In this document: positions 1 to 9,875 of the stretch, in pieces
How the letters are laid out: each line of letters opens with the position of its first letter
How positions within the stretch are numbered: position 1 is the first letter of the stretch
NCBI GenBank assembly: GCA_002721815.1
Contig: PBLQ01000061.1
Location: 108,905-172,904 of the forward strand
DNA: 64,000 nucleotides
Direction: 5' to 3'
DNA from: Myxococcales bacterium
Lineage (GTDB): Bacteria; Myxococcota; UBA727; GCA-2721815
The notes under the pieces: generated by a model
The model's database searches: none
Told to the model about the DNA's origin: nothing
Seen by the model: only the letters and a program-made list of their open reading frames with translations
Translations under genes and position numbers: made by a program

Positions 1-1035
1 TTGTGGCGAAGCGGCCAAGACGCGTGAAACTTTGGAGAGCGCTTTACCAGTTTGTTCTTGCTCCAGCAGTGTTTCCGCTTGCGCCATGGCATTGTTTTTC
101 AATTGGTCATTAAGCGTGGTGAGGCTTTCTTGAGGGCTTTGAAGTAGTTCGCACAATCCGTTGACCGTGGGTGCCAAACCCCATTCTGATAAATAAGCAT
201 CCAAGGCGTCGGCCAACCCTTTGGCGCTTTCGAATCTTGTTAAAGGGTCTGCAGCCATACATTGGGTGATGATTTGTGCCAAACCGTCGGGAATGCGTGG
301 CGAGATGTGTTGGGGAGGCGCATATTTATTTTCTGAGATGGCCTTTAAAAGGGCATGTGGGGTCGGGGCGTCGAAAGGCAACTGGCCCGTACACAGCCAA
401 TATAAAATTGTGCCCAAAGAGAAGAGGTCACTACGCTCATCTGCGGTTCGACCGTCTAAGTTTTCAGGGGCCATGTGGGCCGGTGAACCCAGCAAGGTGC
501 CGGTCACGGTGAGGCGATTCGACTCAGTGGCTCTGGCAATCCCGAAATCCATCAATTTTAAAACACCGTCTTGTCTGACCATGATGTTTTCTGGTTTTAG
601 ATCTCGATGAATAACGCCTTGTTGGTGTGCATGATGTAAAGCCAACGCCAGTTGCCAAACGATCATGGCACCTAATTCAGGGACTTCGGCAATGGGGACG
701 TTTTCAGCCAAGGTTCTCAGTGTGACCCCATCAACGAATTCTGAAATAAGAAAAATTTCGGGTTTTTCTTCTTCGCCTTCGGCGGTCTCAATGGCGCTTT
801 CTTCTTCAGAATAGTCAAAGATTTTTAAAATGTTCGGATGCTGCAGGCGCGCCACCAGTCGGGCTTCTCGGTTGAGGCGATCGCGACATTCTCCTTTTTG
901 GGCCAAAAAAGGATGGAGCACTTTGATGGCCACCAGCCGGTCCAGGGTTTCATCGGAACCCTTGTAGACCACACTCATGCCCCCCTGACCGATTTCTTCC
1001 ACCACACGGTAGTGCAGCAGTTTACGGCCGATCAT
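1..1035 (-). CDS. Eukaryotic-like Ser/Thr protein kinase. N-terminal ~345 aa; the C-terminus runs off the left edge of the window.
   Basis: My own reverse-complement translation reads MIGRKLLHYRVVEEIGQGGMSVVYKG...AIKVL...HRDLKPENIMV...DFGIARA...GTLLGSPAHMAPE, i.e. Hanks subdomains I, II, VIb, VII and VIII. The ORF is absent from the track only because it has no stop inside the window. Confidence 0.8.
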   Translation of the reverse strand, partial: MIGRKLLHYRVVEEIGQGGMSVVYKGSDETLDRLVAIKVLHPFLAQKGECRDRLNREARLVARLQHPNILKIFDYSEEESAIETAEGEEEKPEIFLISEFVDGVTLRTLAENVPIAEVPELGAMIVWQLALALHHAHQQGVIHRDLKPENIMVRQDGVLKLMDFGIARATESNRLTVTGTLLGSPAHMAPENLDGRTADERSDLFSLGTILYWLCTGQLPFDAPTPHALLKAISENKYAPPQHISPRIPDGLAQIITQCMAADPLTRFESAKGLADALDAYLSEWGLAPTVNGLCELLQSPQESLTTLNDQLKNNAMAQAETLLEQEQTGKALSKVSRVLAASPQ

Positions 1036-1144
1036 GGGATCGCGCTGAGAACTGCTCGAAGGCTTCGTTTGAATTTCCAGGGTGCTCACCTATGTCACCA
1101 ATTTCCTTTGTGCCGATAAGGGTAAGGACAAAAAGGGCTTGGGA

Positions 1145-2329
1145 TCAAGCGACGATCGTCGGCGCATCTCCAAAAGAGATGCCCACCGAACGTGCGGCCT
1201 GTATCCAGGCGGAGGAAGGCTCAACGGGACGCGGGGTTCGAATACTTTCCAGGAGTGGTACGCTGACCACTTGGGGGGTTTTGAGGGCCACCATACGCCC
1301 CCAATCGCCATTGGCGGCCAAATCCGCCGCTTTTGCGCCGAAGGCGGTGGCCAACATGCGATCGAAGGCCGTTGGGGAGCCGCCCCGCTGTAAATGGCCC
1401 AAGACTGTTACGCGGGTTTCCATTTCGGTGGCGGCAGATAATTTTTCAGCCACCCACTGGCCAATGCCCCCCAATTTAACCTTTCGTCCTGCTTGTTGTT
1501 CAGGACTCAGTGTTTGGGTGATGGAACTGCCATCTTGGGTTTTGGCACCTTCGGCCACCACCACGATGGAGAAATGGCGCCCATACTGCTTCCGTCTTTT
1601 GATTTTCTGAACCACCGGTTCCCATTGGAAGGGGATTTCGGGGATTAAAATGACGTCGGCACCGCCAGCGAGGCCCGCTGCGACAGCAATGTGACCCGCG
1701 TCGCGGCCCATCACCTCTACCACCATGATTCGGTCGTGGGCCTCCGCGGTGGAATGGAGCATGTCGATACAATTGGTGGCGGTTTGAACCGCCGTGTGGT
1801 GACCAAAAGTCCAATCGGTTTGTGAAACATCATTATCAATGGTTTTTGGAACACCCACCATGGGGATTTGGTGCTCCCGGGACAGTCGCTCCGCAATACT
1901 CAATGTGCCGTCACCGCCGATGCAAATGAGACCTTCCAGCCCCGAAAGGTCGAAGTTTTTCTTTAATTTTTCTGATAAATCAGTGAGTTGGATGGTGCCA
2001 TCCTTTTGTTGGACGGGAAAACCGAATGGGTCGCCATGGTTGGTGGTTCCCAAGATGGTGCCGCCCATGGATAAAATACCACTCACATTGCCCAAATTAA
2101 GGACTTTAAGGCGGGTGGGAGATTCCATGAGACCATTGAAGGCATCTTCGATGCCCACCGGTCGGATTTGATAGTGCCGAATCAGCCGGTGGACTGCTCC
2201 GCGAATGACGGCATTGAGCCCTGGGCAATCACCGCCGCCAGTGAGAATCCCGATTTTGCGCTGTAAACTGTGTTCAATAGATTCTTCGGCCATTTTTGCG
2301 TCCTTTAGCCATTTAAGCCCCCTTTTCAA
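1145..2329 (-). CDS. pfkA: 6-phosphofructokinase (ATP- or PPi-dependent; cannot be told apart by eye).
   Basis: 394 aa with PFK family motifs: GGDGTLS, CIGGDGT-like, MGR and the IPKTIDND-like VPKTIDNDV. Same strand as the kinase 110 nt downstream. Confidence 0.8.
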   Translation of the reverse strand: MKRGLKWLKDAKMAEESIEHSLQRKIGILTGGGDCPGLNAVIRGAVHRLIRHYQIRPVGIEDAFNGLMESPTRLKVLNLGNVSGILSMGGTILGTTNHGDPFGFPVQQKDGTIQLTDLSEKLKKNFDLSGLEGLICIGGDGTLSIAERLSREHQIPMVGVPKTIDNDVSQTDWTFGHHTAVQTATNCIDMLHSTAEAHDRIMVVEVMGRDAGHIAVAAGLAGGADVILIPEIPFQWEPVVQKIKRRKQYGRHFSIVVVAEGAKTQDGSSITQTLSPEQQAGRKVKLGGIGQWVAEKLSAATEMETRVTVLGHLQRGGSPTAFDRMLATAFGAKAADLAANGDWGRMVALKTPQVVSVPLLESIRTPRPVEPSSAWIQAARSVGISFGDAPTIVA

Positions 2330-2394
2330 GGGGACCGGGGCATGGCAGCCTGCGTCCCGAAATAATGTTTAACATCAAATAAGGAGGGGGAACC

Positions 2395-4185
2395 ATGACA
2401 ACCACCGTATATAGCATTTTTAAGGACACTGTCTCAAACATGGGCAGCCGTGTGGCGGCCAGGTATAAAAAAGACGGTCAATGGCATGATGTGACATGGA
2501 GCGAAATGAACGCTCAAGTCAATCAAATCGCAGCCGCATTGGCAGCACTTCAAATTGAAAAAGAAGAGCGTATCAGTATCATTTCAAATACCCGGTATGA
2601 GTGGGTGGCAGCGGACATGGGCATCTTGGGGGCCTGTTGTACCACAGTACCGATTTATCAAAGCAGCATTCCCGGCGATATCGAATACATCCTTAACGAT
2701 GCGGGTGTGGTGGCCATATTCGCTGAAGACAGCATTCAGCTCGAGAAACTAAGAGGCCTGCGCAAAGAGATCCCAAATGTCAAAAAGGTGATTTGCTTTA
2801 ACGACGCAGACGTAGACACGAGCAGCGATTGGGAAATTAGCTGGTCACAATTCCTCCAAGGGGGGTCAGACTACTTGGTTGAGAACCCCTCGGTGGTGGA
2901 ACAACGTACCGCCGCCATCAAAGCAGATGATTTGTTGACCTTGGTTTACACGTCCGGCACCACTGGGCGCCCCAAAGGCGTGATGATCACCCACGACAAC
3001 ATGGTGTATGAAGCTGAGGCCATCTACAAAGTGGGCCTCATTGGACAAGACGACAACCAGTTATTGTTTTTGCCCCTGGCCCACATTTTCGCCAAGGTCT
3101 TAGAAGTCACTTGGCTCAAAGCGGCACATGTCATGTCTTTTGCTGAGGCCATCGACAAAGTGGTAGAGAATATGGCCGAAGTGCGACCGACTTTCATGGC
3201 CTCTGTGCCTCGTATTTTCGAGAAAGTTCACGCCAAAGTGGTGGGGGGCGCCAGTTCCGCACCCGGCATCAAGGGTAAGTTGGCACGTTGGGCATTGGCC
3301 AAGGGTGAAGAAGCAGCCAAGCAATCCATGAAAGGTGAGACGCCGAGTGGTTTGGGCTGGGCGTTGGCGCAAAAGCTGGTCATTTCCAAGATTGCCGTCA
3401 AACTCAAAGAGCTTTTCGGCGGGCAGCTGCGCTTCTTTGTTTCCGGCGGTGCACCCTTGTCTCCCGATATTGCTTATTTCTTTGCGCAAGCCGACGTGAC
3501 CATCCTCGAAGGCTATGGCCTTACAGAGACATCCGCAGCCACTTGTGTAAACAATCCAGGTGAAGAGCGTATTGGCACTGTGGGTAACGCATTGCCTGGC
3601 ACCGAAGTGAAAATTGCCGAAGACGGAGAAATTCTGATCCGCGGTCGTGGTGTGTTCAAGGGGTACTGGAACCGCGAAGAAGCCACCGCTGAGGCCATCA
3701 CTGAAGACGGCTGGTTTAAAAGTGGCGATATTGGCGTCATTGAAGATGGCTATGTTCGCATCACCGACCGTAAGAAAGACATCATTGTGACTGCCGGTGG
3801 TAAAAACATCGCGCCGCAAAACATTGAGAACCTTGTTAAAAGCAAGTGTCCCTTGATCAGCCAAGTGGTGATTCACGGTGACAAACGCAAGTTTCTTTCA
3901 GCGTTAATCACTCTAGATGAAATTACGTTGACGGACTGGGCCAAGAGTAATGAAATTTCTGGTGATTACGGCTCTTTGACTCAAAACGATCAAGTTCGCC
4001 AAGTGGTGGACAGTGCCATCGAAATCGTCAACAACGATTTGGCGCGTTATGAAACCATCAAGAAATATGATGTGCTGGAGAAAGATTTTAGCATTGAGTC
4101 CGGCGAGCTGACACCTTCCATGAAAGTGAAACGCAACGTCATCAACAAAAATTACCAAGAGCGCTACGACGCCTTTTACGCTTAA
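2395..4185 (+). CDS. Long-chain fatty-acid--CoA ligase (AMP-binding / FACS family).
   Basis: 596 aa. AMP-binding motif YTSGTTGRPKGVMITHDNM and the TGD...GY...ITDRKKD C-terminal core. RBS AAGGAGGGGG before the ATG. Confidence 0.85.
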   Translation: MTTTVYSIFKDTVSNMGSRVAARYKKDGQWHDVTWSEMNAQVNQIAAALAALQIEKEERISIISNTRYEWVAADMGILGACCTTVPIYQSSIPGDIEYILNDAGVVAIFAEDSIQLEKLRGLRKEIPNVKKVICFNDADVDTSSDWEISWSQFLQGGSDYLVENPSVVEQRTAAIKADDLLTLVYTSGTTGRPKGVMITHDNMVYEAEAIYKVGLIGQDDNQLLFLPLAHIFAKVLEVTWLKAAHVMSFAEAIDKVVENMAEVRPTFMASVPRIFEKVHAKVVGGASSAPGIKGKLARWALAKGEEAAKQSMKGETPSGLGWALAQKLVISKIAVKLKELFGGQLRFFVSGGAPLSPDIAYFFAQADVTILEGYGLTETSAATCVNNPGEERIGTVGNALPGTEVKIAEDGEILIRGRGVFKGYWNREEATAEAITEDGWFKSGDIGVIEDGYVRITDRKKDIIVTAGGKNIAPQNIENLVKSKCPLISQVVIHGDKRKFLSALITLDEITLTDWAKSNEISGDYGSLTQNDQVRQVVDSAIEIVNNDLARYETIKKYDVLEKDFSIESGELTPSMKVKRNVINKNYQERYDAFYA

Positions 4186-4208
4186 GCCTTTAAGCAACTG
4201 GAGGCGCA

Positions 4209-5156
4209 TTGGCCTTGGTTGATAAAAAAAGCGTGGATGAACTCCTGTTGAGCCGCTCCCTCATTTTGGTGAGCGGCAAGGGAGGCGTTGGGAAGACTGC
4301 CATCAGTTCTGCATTGGCCTGCCGGGCCAAGGAACTGGGGCGGCCCGTCTTACTCTTTTGTTGTGATGCACCTTCTGAATTAAAACCTTTTGCCAATGGC
4401 AAGGTCTTGAATGCCGAGGTGCGAGAAATCCTTCCACGGTTGTGGGGGGTGAACCAGCAAACCGAAGAGGCGGTCTATGCCTATTTGGTGGATGCACTCA
4501 AATCCAAAAAACTTGTGGATGTGATGTTTCGCAACAAAGTCGCACGAGCATTTTTACAGGTGGCACCCTCAGTTGGTGACTTGGCAATGATGGGTCGTAT
4601 TTTTCAGCTGGCCCAATCATTTACTAAAAAACACCAAGGTCTGTTGATTGTGGATATGCCCGCCACGGGGCATGCACTGGCCATGTTAAAAAGCCCAGAG
4701 GCCATTGCGAATATTTTGGTAGCGGGTCCTGTTTACGATCGTGCGCGCGAAATCGTGGATTACTTTAAAAACCAAAATAAAACCACCTTCCTACCGGTTA
4801 CTTGGCCAGAAGAGTTGCCCATTACTGAAGTGATCGAATTAATTGACGGGGTGCTACAGACTGGGGTCGGGGTGGGACCGGTACTGCTCAACGGAGTGGT
4901 GTCCAACCCAATCCCTTCGTTGCCCGAAAATGCTTGGTCCCAAATGCGAGAATTGGGGGCCTTGGCCGAGCATCAAAAGTGGGTAGATTACCTTCGGGTT
5001 TGGTCTCACCGGGTGAACCGCGAACGCAGCCGTTTGTTGGTCGCCCTCAAAGAAAAACTACCAGAGGAAAATGCACTTTTAGATTTTCCATTTTTGAGTC
5101 GCGTACCGCCAACCAGTTCTTTGGGTGCTGAGTTGGCCAATGCATTGGCAGGGTGA
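4209..5156 (+). CDS. ArsA/Get3-family P-loop ATPase, half-size, with the DTAPTGH-like motif.
   Basis: TTG start with GGAGG 6 nt upstream. Deviant Walker A GKGGVGKT; the DMPATGHALAML signature resembles ArsA DTAPTGH. 315 aa, about one ArsA half. Confidence 0.7.
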   Translation: MALVDKKSVDELLLSRSLILVSGKGGVGKTAISSALACRAKELGRPVLLFCCDAPSELKPFANGKVLNAEVREILPRLWGVNQQTEEAVYAYLVDALKSKKLVDVMFRNKVARAFLQVAPSVGDLAMMGRIFQLAQSFTKKHQGLLIVDMPATGHALAMLKSPEAIANILVAGPVYDRAREIVDYFKNQNKTTFLPVTWPEELPITEVIELIDGVLQTGVGVGPVLLNGVVSNPIPSLPENAWSQMRELGALAEHQKWVDYLRVWSHRVNRERSRLLVALKEKLPEENALLDFPFLSRVPPTSSLGAELANALAG

Positions 5157-6339
5157 TGTTTTGTCCGTAAAAAAAATCATCAGCGAAAGTCAAATTGTCG
5201 TCGTGGTAGGCTCCGGCGGTGTGGGCAAAACCACATCTGCATGTGGATTGGCATTGGCATCGGCCCGGACGGGAAAAAAAGTGGCGTTGCTGACCATTGA
5301 TCCCGCCAAACGCTTGGCGCAAGCCTTAGGGCTCGATGCGTTGAACAACCAGCCCCAAGCCTTGCATGCCGACTTGGTGGGAGAGGGCGCAGTGGATGCC
5401 ATGATGCTCGAGCCCGCGGAGACTTTTGATAACCTCATACGCAGCGCTGTGGCCACTGAAGCGTTGGGTGAGAAACTACTCAAAAATCGTTTGTACCAGC
5501 TCATTGCGCGCACGCTCGGCGGCATGCAGGAATACATGGCAGTGGAGAAATTGTACGATCTGACAGAGTCTCAAAGATATGACATGATCGTGGTGGATAC
5601 GCCGCCATCCGTGAATGCGCTCGTATTTTTAGACGCGCCACGCAGGATGTATACATTCTTCTCAGACAAGATTGTTCGGTTTTTTGTGCGTGAAGAAAAA
5701 AAGAAATCCAACTTCATCAAAAGGATGAAAGACAAAGTGGGTGACGTTGCTATTTCGGTTTTACGCAAAACGCTTTCTGAAACTTTTATGGATGATCTGA
5801 TTGAAATGGCCACAGCCTTTCAAAGCCTATTTGTAACTTTTCGTCGCCGTGGGGAAACGGTCGAGCGTTTATTGCGGGCGCGAGGAACCAATTTCGTTTT
5901 GGTGACGGGACCCGATCCGCTTCGCGTTCAAGAGGCGTCTGATTACCTGACCATCTTACGCCAATTAGGCGTCGACCCCAACCTGTGGATTGTCAATCGC
6001 GTCCATTGTTCTCCAGATAAAGAATGCTCGTTTGAAGACAGTGATGTTCAAGAATGGATAGATGCTTTTTCTCCTGAAGAAGAGGCAGCGTTCGCTGACA
6101 TGAATGCCACAAGCCTTTGCAAAGAATTCAATGCCGCTGCTCAGTTGGCCACTGACTTAAAGCAACGCGATGACCTCGGACTGCGCCAAATTAAACAACT
6201 GATTGGCGGCACTCCCATGATTAGAGTGGAAGCATTCACGGAAGAAGTGGAAGACGGACAGGCGGTTGAACAGTTTGTTCAAGCCCTGAATTCCTTCGAT
6301 CAGGGGCTCACCGTCACCCAAGCAGCCACGCCCAAGTGA
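5140..6339 (+). CDS. Second ArsA/Get3-like P-loop ATPase, divergent half.
   Basis: Deviant Walker A VVVVGSGGVGKTT, and VVDTPP in place of the DTAPTGH motif. The start overlaps the upstream ArsA-like gene (ATG 5140; GTG 5125 is an alternative). Confidence 0.65.
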   Translation: MHWQGDVLSVKKIISESQIVVVVGSGGVGKTTSACGLALASARTGKKVALLTIDPAKRLAQALGLDALNNQPQALHADLVGEGAVDAMMLEPAETFDNLIRSAVATEALGEKLLKNRLYQLIARTLGGMQEYMAVEKLYDLTESQRYDMIVVDTPPSVNALVFLDAPRRMYTFFSDKIVRFFVREEKKKSNFIKRMKDKVGDVAISVLRKTLSETFMDDLIEMATAFQSLFVTFRRRGETVERLLRARGTNFVLVTGPDPLRVQEASDYLTILRQLGVDPNLWIVNRVHCSPDKECSFEDSDVQEWIDAFSPEEEAAFADMNATSLCKEFNAAAQLATDLKQRDDLGLRQIKQLIGGTPMIRVEAFTEEVEDGQAVEQFVQALNSFDQGLTVTQAATPK

Positions 6340-7595
6340 TCACTGGGTTCTGTGGCTTCTTCCAAATCTCCAAAGGTGCGACGTTCTGTGAAGACGATTT
6401 CGCTTTTCGTAACGTAAACTCTTTTTTCGGTATCGCGCACAAACAGGTGATCCATTCGAGATGGGAACTCGGTCCCTCCGTATTGTTCAAAATACAGTGC
6501 GTTGCAGTCTGAGGCGGTAAAGTTGACAGCATTGTGCGTTTCACACCAATCGGCTTCACCACCAGGGATGTCTAAACTCTGCTCTGGATTATTCACCACT
6601 GCCTGTCCCTCGGTGATGTCGAGCAATGCTTTTTCAGGGGTTCGGCCCATTTGCACGAGGTCAACAAAATCTGCGTAATGGGTGAACAAGGTATAGCTGA
6701 TGGTATTTGCCCACCATCCGTCCGTTTCCTCGTTGGCACCGGTGGTCCAGACATCCGTGTCGTAATAGGAGCCCGCATTCATATCACCGCCCAAAAAGAC
6801 CACATCTTCGGCATTTGAGTGATCCAAGACGTGCAGGGATAATTCTCGTGCCTCGGCCATGCGGACGCCCCAGTTGTACCACCATGGCATCATGTGAGTG
6901 TTGTACACATGAAAAGTACCCAAGGTTTCATGTTCAAAAGATAGGTGTATGAAGCCGCGTTTGATTCCCGGTCCAGGAAAATATTCCAAGCCGTCGCGTT
7001 CTGCGTAAGCAACGCCGCCGGTGGTCACAAAGGCCTCATCTTTAACGATGTCTTTTTTGACCAAAGTGAGACAGCCATCGTTGTATTCGTTGCGGGGGCC
7101 GACGTGGACCATATATCCGGCTGCTTCGCCCACTTCGGTAAAGCGCGTCACATCCGCATCGAGCCAAACCTCTTGGAGCATGAGAATGTCATAATCCTCA
7201 TTGATGATGAGGTCTGGGAGTTCTTTTTGACGCTCAGCCAAATCAGGGCTTTGGGACCAATCGATGAATCCAAAGATTTGGGCATCTAAAAGCGCCACAT
7301 TATAACTGAGAACACTAAGGGAGCCCGATGACTCGGATCGTTGCGCATTGGCTTCTTGATGGCTTTGAAGAAGTGCGGTGGGGTCGGGGGCGCTCTCAAA
7401 CGCCACATGATTGGGATCGAAAAGGTCAGCCACTGTGAGGTCTGCGGAGTTTACCAGGGCGCTATGGATGTGCGCCAGGGCGGAGGCATCCGATAGTTTT
7501 ACCTGATCCTTATCGTGCTCCCCCACGCCTTTAGGCAAAGAATCACAGGCCGTCCAAAGGCCCAACACCAATGATAATCCAACAATTTTAAGCAT
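6300..7595 (-). CDS. Endonuclease/exonuclease/phosphatase (EEP) family lipoprotein.
   Basis: Internal start MLKIVGLSLVLGLWTAC (signal plus lipobox) with a GGAGGG RBS. EEP motifs LMLQEVW, SYNVALLD and DHLGVAAWV. The longer upstream ORF extension is unlikely to be translated. Confidence 0.65.
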   Translation of the reverse strand: MLKIVGLSLVLGLWTACDSLPKGVGEHDKDQVKLSDASALAHIHSALVNSADLTVADLFDPNHVAFESAPDPTALLQSHQEANAQRSESSGSLSVLSYNVALLDAQIFGFIDWSQSPDLAERQKELPDLIINEDYDILMLQEVWLDADVTRFTEVGEAAGYMVHVGPRNEYNDGCLTLVKKDIVKDEAFVTTGGVAYAERDGLEYFPGPGIKRGFIHLSFEHETLGTFHVYNTHMMPWWYNWGVRMAEARELSLHVLDHSNAEDVVFLGGDMNAGSYYDTDVWTTGANEETDGWWANTISYTLFTHYADFVDLVQMGRTPEKALLDITEGQAVVNNPEQSLDIPGGEADWCETHNAVNFTASDCNALYFEQYGGTEFPSRMDHLFVRDTEKRVYVTKSEIVFTERRTFGDLEEATEPSDHLGVAAWVTVSP

Positions 7596-7712
7596 CTTCC
7601 CTCCGTATTCTAGTGGTTTAGCGTTTTTGGCGTCTTCTTCCAAGGGGGAGGTGATTGACGGAGGCATTCCCCTTTGGGCAAACTGGGACCAACCCTTACA
7701 ACGTGGTGACAA

Positions 7713-9869
7713 ATGGCTGAAAACAAAGAAAAGCATTGGAAAAACACGCCTTCTCATTGGCAGCAAAAAGCCCAAAAAGAGTTGCGCGACCGCCCCTTAG
7801 ACGACTTGCTCTGGGAGACACTGGAGGGCATTCCCCTCAAACCGCTCTACACAGCTGAGGACCTTGAAGGTCTGGAGGGACTGGATGCCTTACCCGGTGA
7901 TGCACCCTTTACGCGGGGACCTAGGGCAACCATGTATGCCAACCGACCTTGGACCATCCGCCAATATGCAGGGTTTTCCACGGCCAAAGAATCCAACTTG
8001 TTTTACCGAAAAAACCTGGAAGCCGGTCAAAAGGGATTGAGTGTTGCTTTCGATTTGGCCACCCACCGCGGCTACGACTCTGACCACCCACGGGTGCAGG
8101 GCGATGTGGGCAAGGCAGGTGTGGCCATCGACAGTGTTGAAGACATGAAAGTTTTGTTTGATGGGATTCCTTTGGACAAAATGAGTGTGTCCATGACCAT
8201 GAACGGGGCTGTTTTACCCATCATGGCGGCCTACATTGTGGCGGGTGAAGAGCAAGGTGTGCCCACCGAAAAATTATCTGGCACCATCCAAAACGACATT
8301 CTCAAAGAGTTCATGGTTCGGAACACTTATATTTACCCGCCCGCGCCATCCATTCGTGTCATCGGCGATATCATTGCTTATACGGCTGAAAAAATGCCCA
8401 AGTTCAATTCCATTTCCATCAGCGGTTACCACATGCATGAAGCGGGCGCTGATTGCGCCTTGGAATTGGCCTACACTTTGGCTGATGGGCTGGCTTACGT
8501 GCGCACCGCTTTGGCTCGCGGTCTTCCCATCGATAGTTTTGCGCCGAGACTGTCCTTTTTCTTCGCCATCGGAATGAATTTTTACATGGAGGTGGCGAAG
8601 TTGCGGGCTGCCCGAATGCTCTGGGCCAAGCTCATGTCACAATTCAATCCTCAAAATCCCAAGTCTCTGATGTTGCGAACGCATTGTCAGACCAGTGGGT
8701 GGAGTTTGACGGCCCAGGATCCGTACAACAACGTCATTCGAACCACAGTTGAGGCCATGGCGGCTGTCTTTGGTGGAACGCAAAGTTTACACACCAACGC
8801 ATTCGATGAAGCACTGGCTTTACCCACGCCTGAATCAGCGCGGATTGCACGTAACACCCAACTGATTCTTCAAGAGGAAACCGGATTGCCCAAAATCGTC
8901 GATCCCTGGGCGGGTTCCTATTTTATGGAAAAGCTCACCCGAGATTTGGCGGACCGCGCACAGGTTATCATTGATGAGGTCGAGGATTTGGGGGGCATGG
9001 TCAAAGCCCTCGCTGCGGGTGTACCGAAGCTTCGCATTGAAGAAAGTGCGGCCAAACGGCAGGCACGTATTGATTCAGGGAAAGAGGTCATCGTTGGTGT
9101 GAACAAATACCAACCGGCAGAGGAATCTCCGATCAACCTGCTCGACATTGACAATGCAGAGGTGCGTGACCAGCAGGTGGCTCGTTTACAAACGCTCAAA
9201 GCAAATAGAGACGAGGCCAAGGTTCAAGCGGCACTCGATGCACTTACTGATGCTTGCGACGACGAACAGCAAAACTTACTTTCGCTGACCGTGACAGCCA
9301 TGCGCTGTCGCGCTACAGTGGGAGAAGTTTCCAACGCACTCGAGAAAAAATGGGGGCGGTACAAGGCGGAGGTTCAAACGGTGGCAGGGGTCTATCGCGC
9401 ACAATATGGCGATGAAGATGCGTTTCAAGCGTTCCTTACCCGGGTCGAGGCTTTTGAAGAACAAGCCGGTCGTCGGCCACGTATTTTGGTGGTGAAGCTG
9501 GGGCAAGACGGCCATGACCGAGGCGCCAAAGTGGTGGCCACTGGTTTTGCCGACCTGGGATTCGATGTGGATGTTGGACCACTTTTTCAAACGCCCGAAG
9601 AGGCCGCTCGACACGCGGTGGAAAATGACGTCCATGTGGTTGGGGTATCTTCCTTGGCAGCGGGCCATCAAACACTGGTGCCCCAATTGGTGAAGGCTTT
9701 GGCCGATGCGGGAGCCAGTGATGTGGCCGTGGTCGTAGGTGGGGTTGTCCCCAAGGATGATTACGAGGCGCTCAAAAGCAGTGGGGTAGACGCCATTTTT
9801 GGTCCTGGTACCCCTATCATCGAGGCGGCGGGCTCAGTTTTAGACGCGATATCGAATAAAGGGGGCTGA
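7713..9869 (+). CDS. Methylmalonyl-CoA mutase, single-chain (catalytic TIM barrel plus C-terminal B12-binding domain).
   Basis: 718 aa. FTRGP...[13 protein letters not shown]...[15 protein letters not shown] mutase core, and the C-terminal [30 protein letters not shown] (DxHxxG B12 motif). Confidence 0.9.
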   Translation: MAENKEKHWKNTPSHWQQKAQKELRDRPLDDLLWETLEGIPLKPLYTAEDLEGLEGLDALPGDAPFTRGPRATMYANRPWTIRQYAGFSTAKESNLFYRKNLEAGQKGLSVAFDLATHRGYDSDHPRVQGDVGKAGVAIDSVEDMKVLFDGIPLDKMSVSMTMNGAVLPIMAAYIVAGEEQGVPTEKLSGTIQNDILKEFMVRNTYIYPPAPSIRVIGDIIAYTAEKMPKFNSISISGYHMHEAGADCALELAYTLADGLAYVRTALARGLPIDSFAPRLSFFFAIGMNFYMEVAKLRAARMLWAKLMSQFNPQNPKSLMLRTHCQTSGWSLTAQDPYNNVIRTTVEAMAAVFGGTQSLHTNAFDEALALPTPESARIARNTQLILQEETGLPKIVDPWAGSYFMEKLTRDLADRAQVIIDEVEDLGGMVKALAAGVPKLRIEESAAKRQARIDSGKEVIVGVNKYQPAEESPINLLDIDNAEVRDQQVARLQTLKANRDEAKVQAALDALTDACDDEQQNLLSLTVTAMRCRATVGEVSNALEKKWGRYKAEVQTVAGVYRAQYGDEDAFQAFLTRVEAFEEQAGRRPRILVVKLGQDGHDRGAKVVATGFADLGFDVDVGPLFQTPEEAARHAVENDVHVVGVSSLAAGHQTLVPQLVKALADAGASDVAVVVGGVVPKDDYEALKSSGVDAIFGPGTPIIEAAGSVLDAISNKGG

Positions 9870-9875
9870 TGGCCT

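Noticed and set aside
1092-2171. Plus-strand ORFs (172 aa and 110 aa)
   Set aside because: They are antisense to pfk and to the kinase N-terminus, with no motifs.
3100-3876. 258-aa minus-strand ORF
   Set aside because: It lies entirely antisense within the well-supported acyl-CoA ligase gene and has no motifs; long antisense ORFs are common at this GC content.
7596-7712. Possible cobalamin riboswitch before methylmalonyl-CoA mutase
   Set aside because: No B12-box-like sequence is visible; this is more likely an ordinary divergent promoter region.
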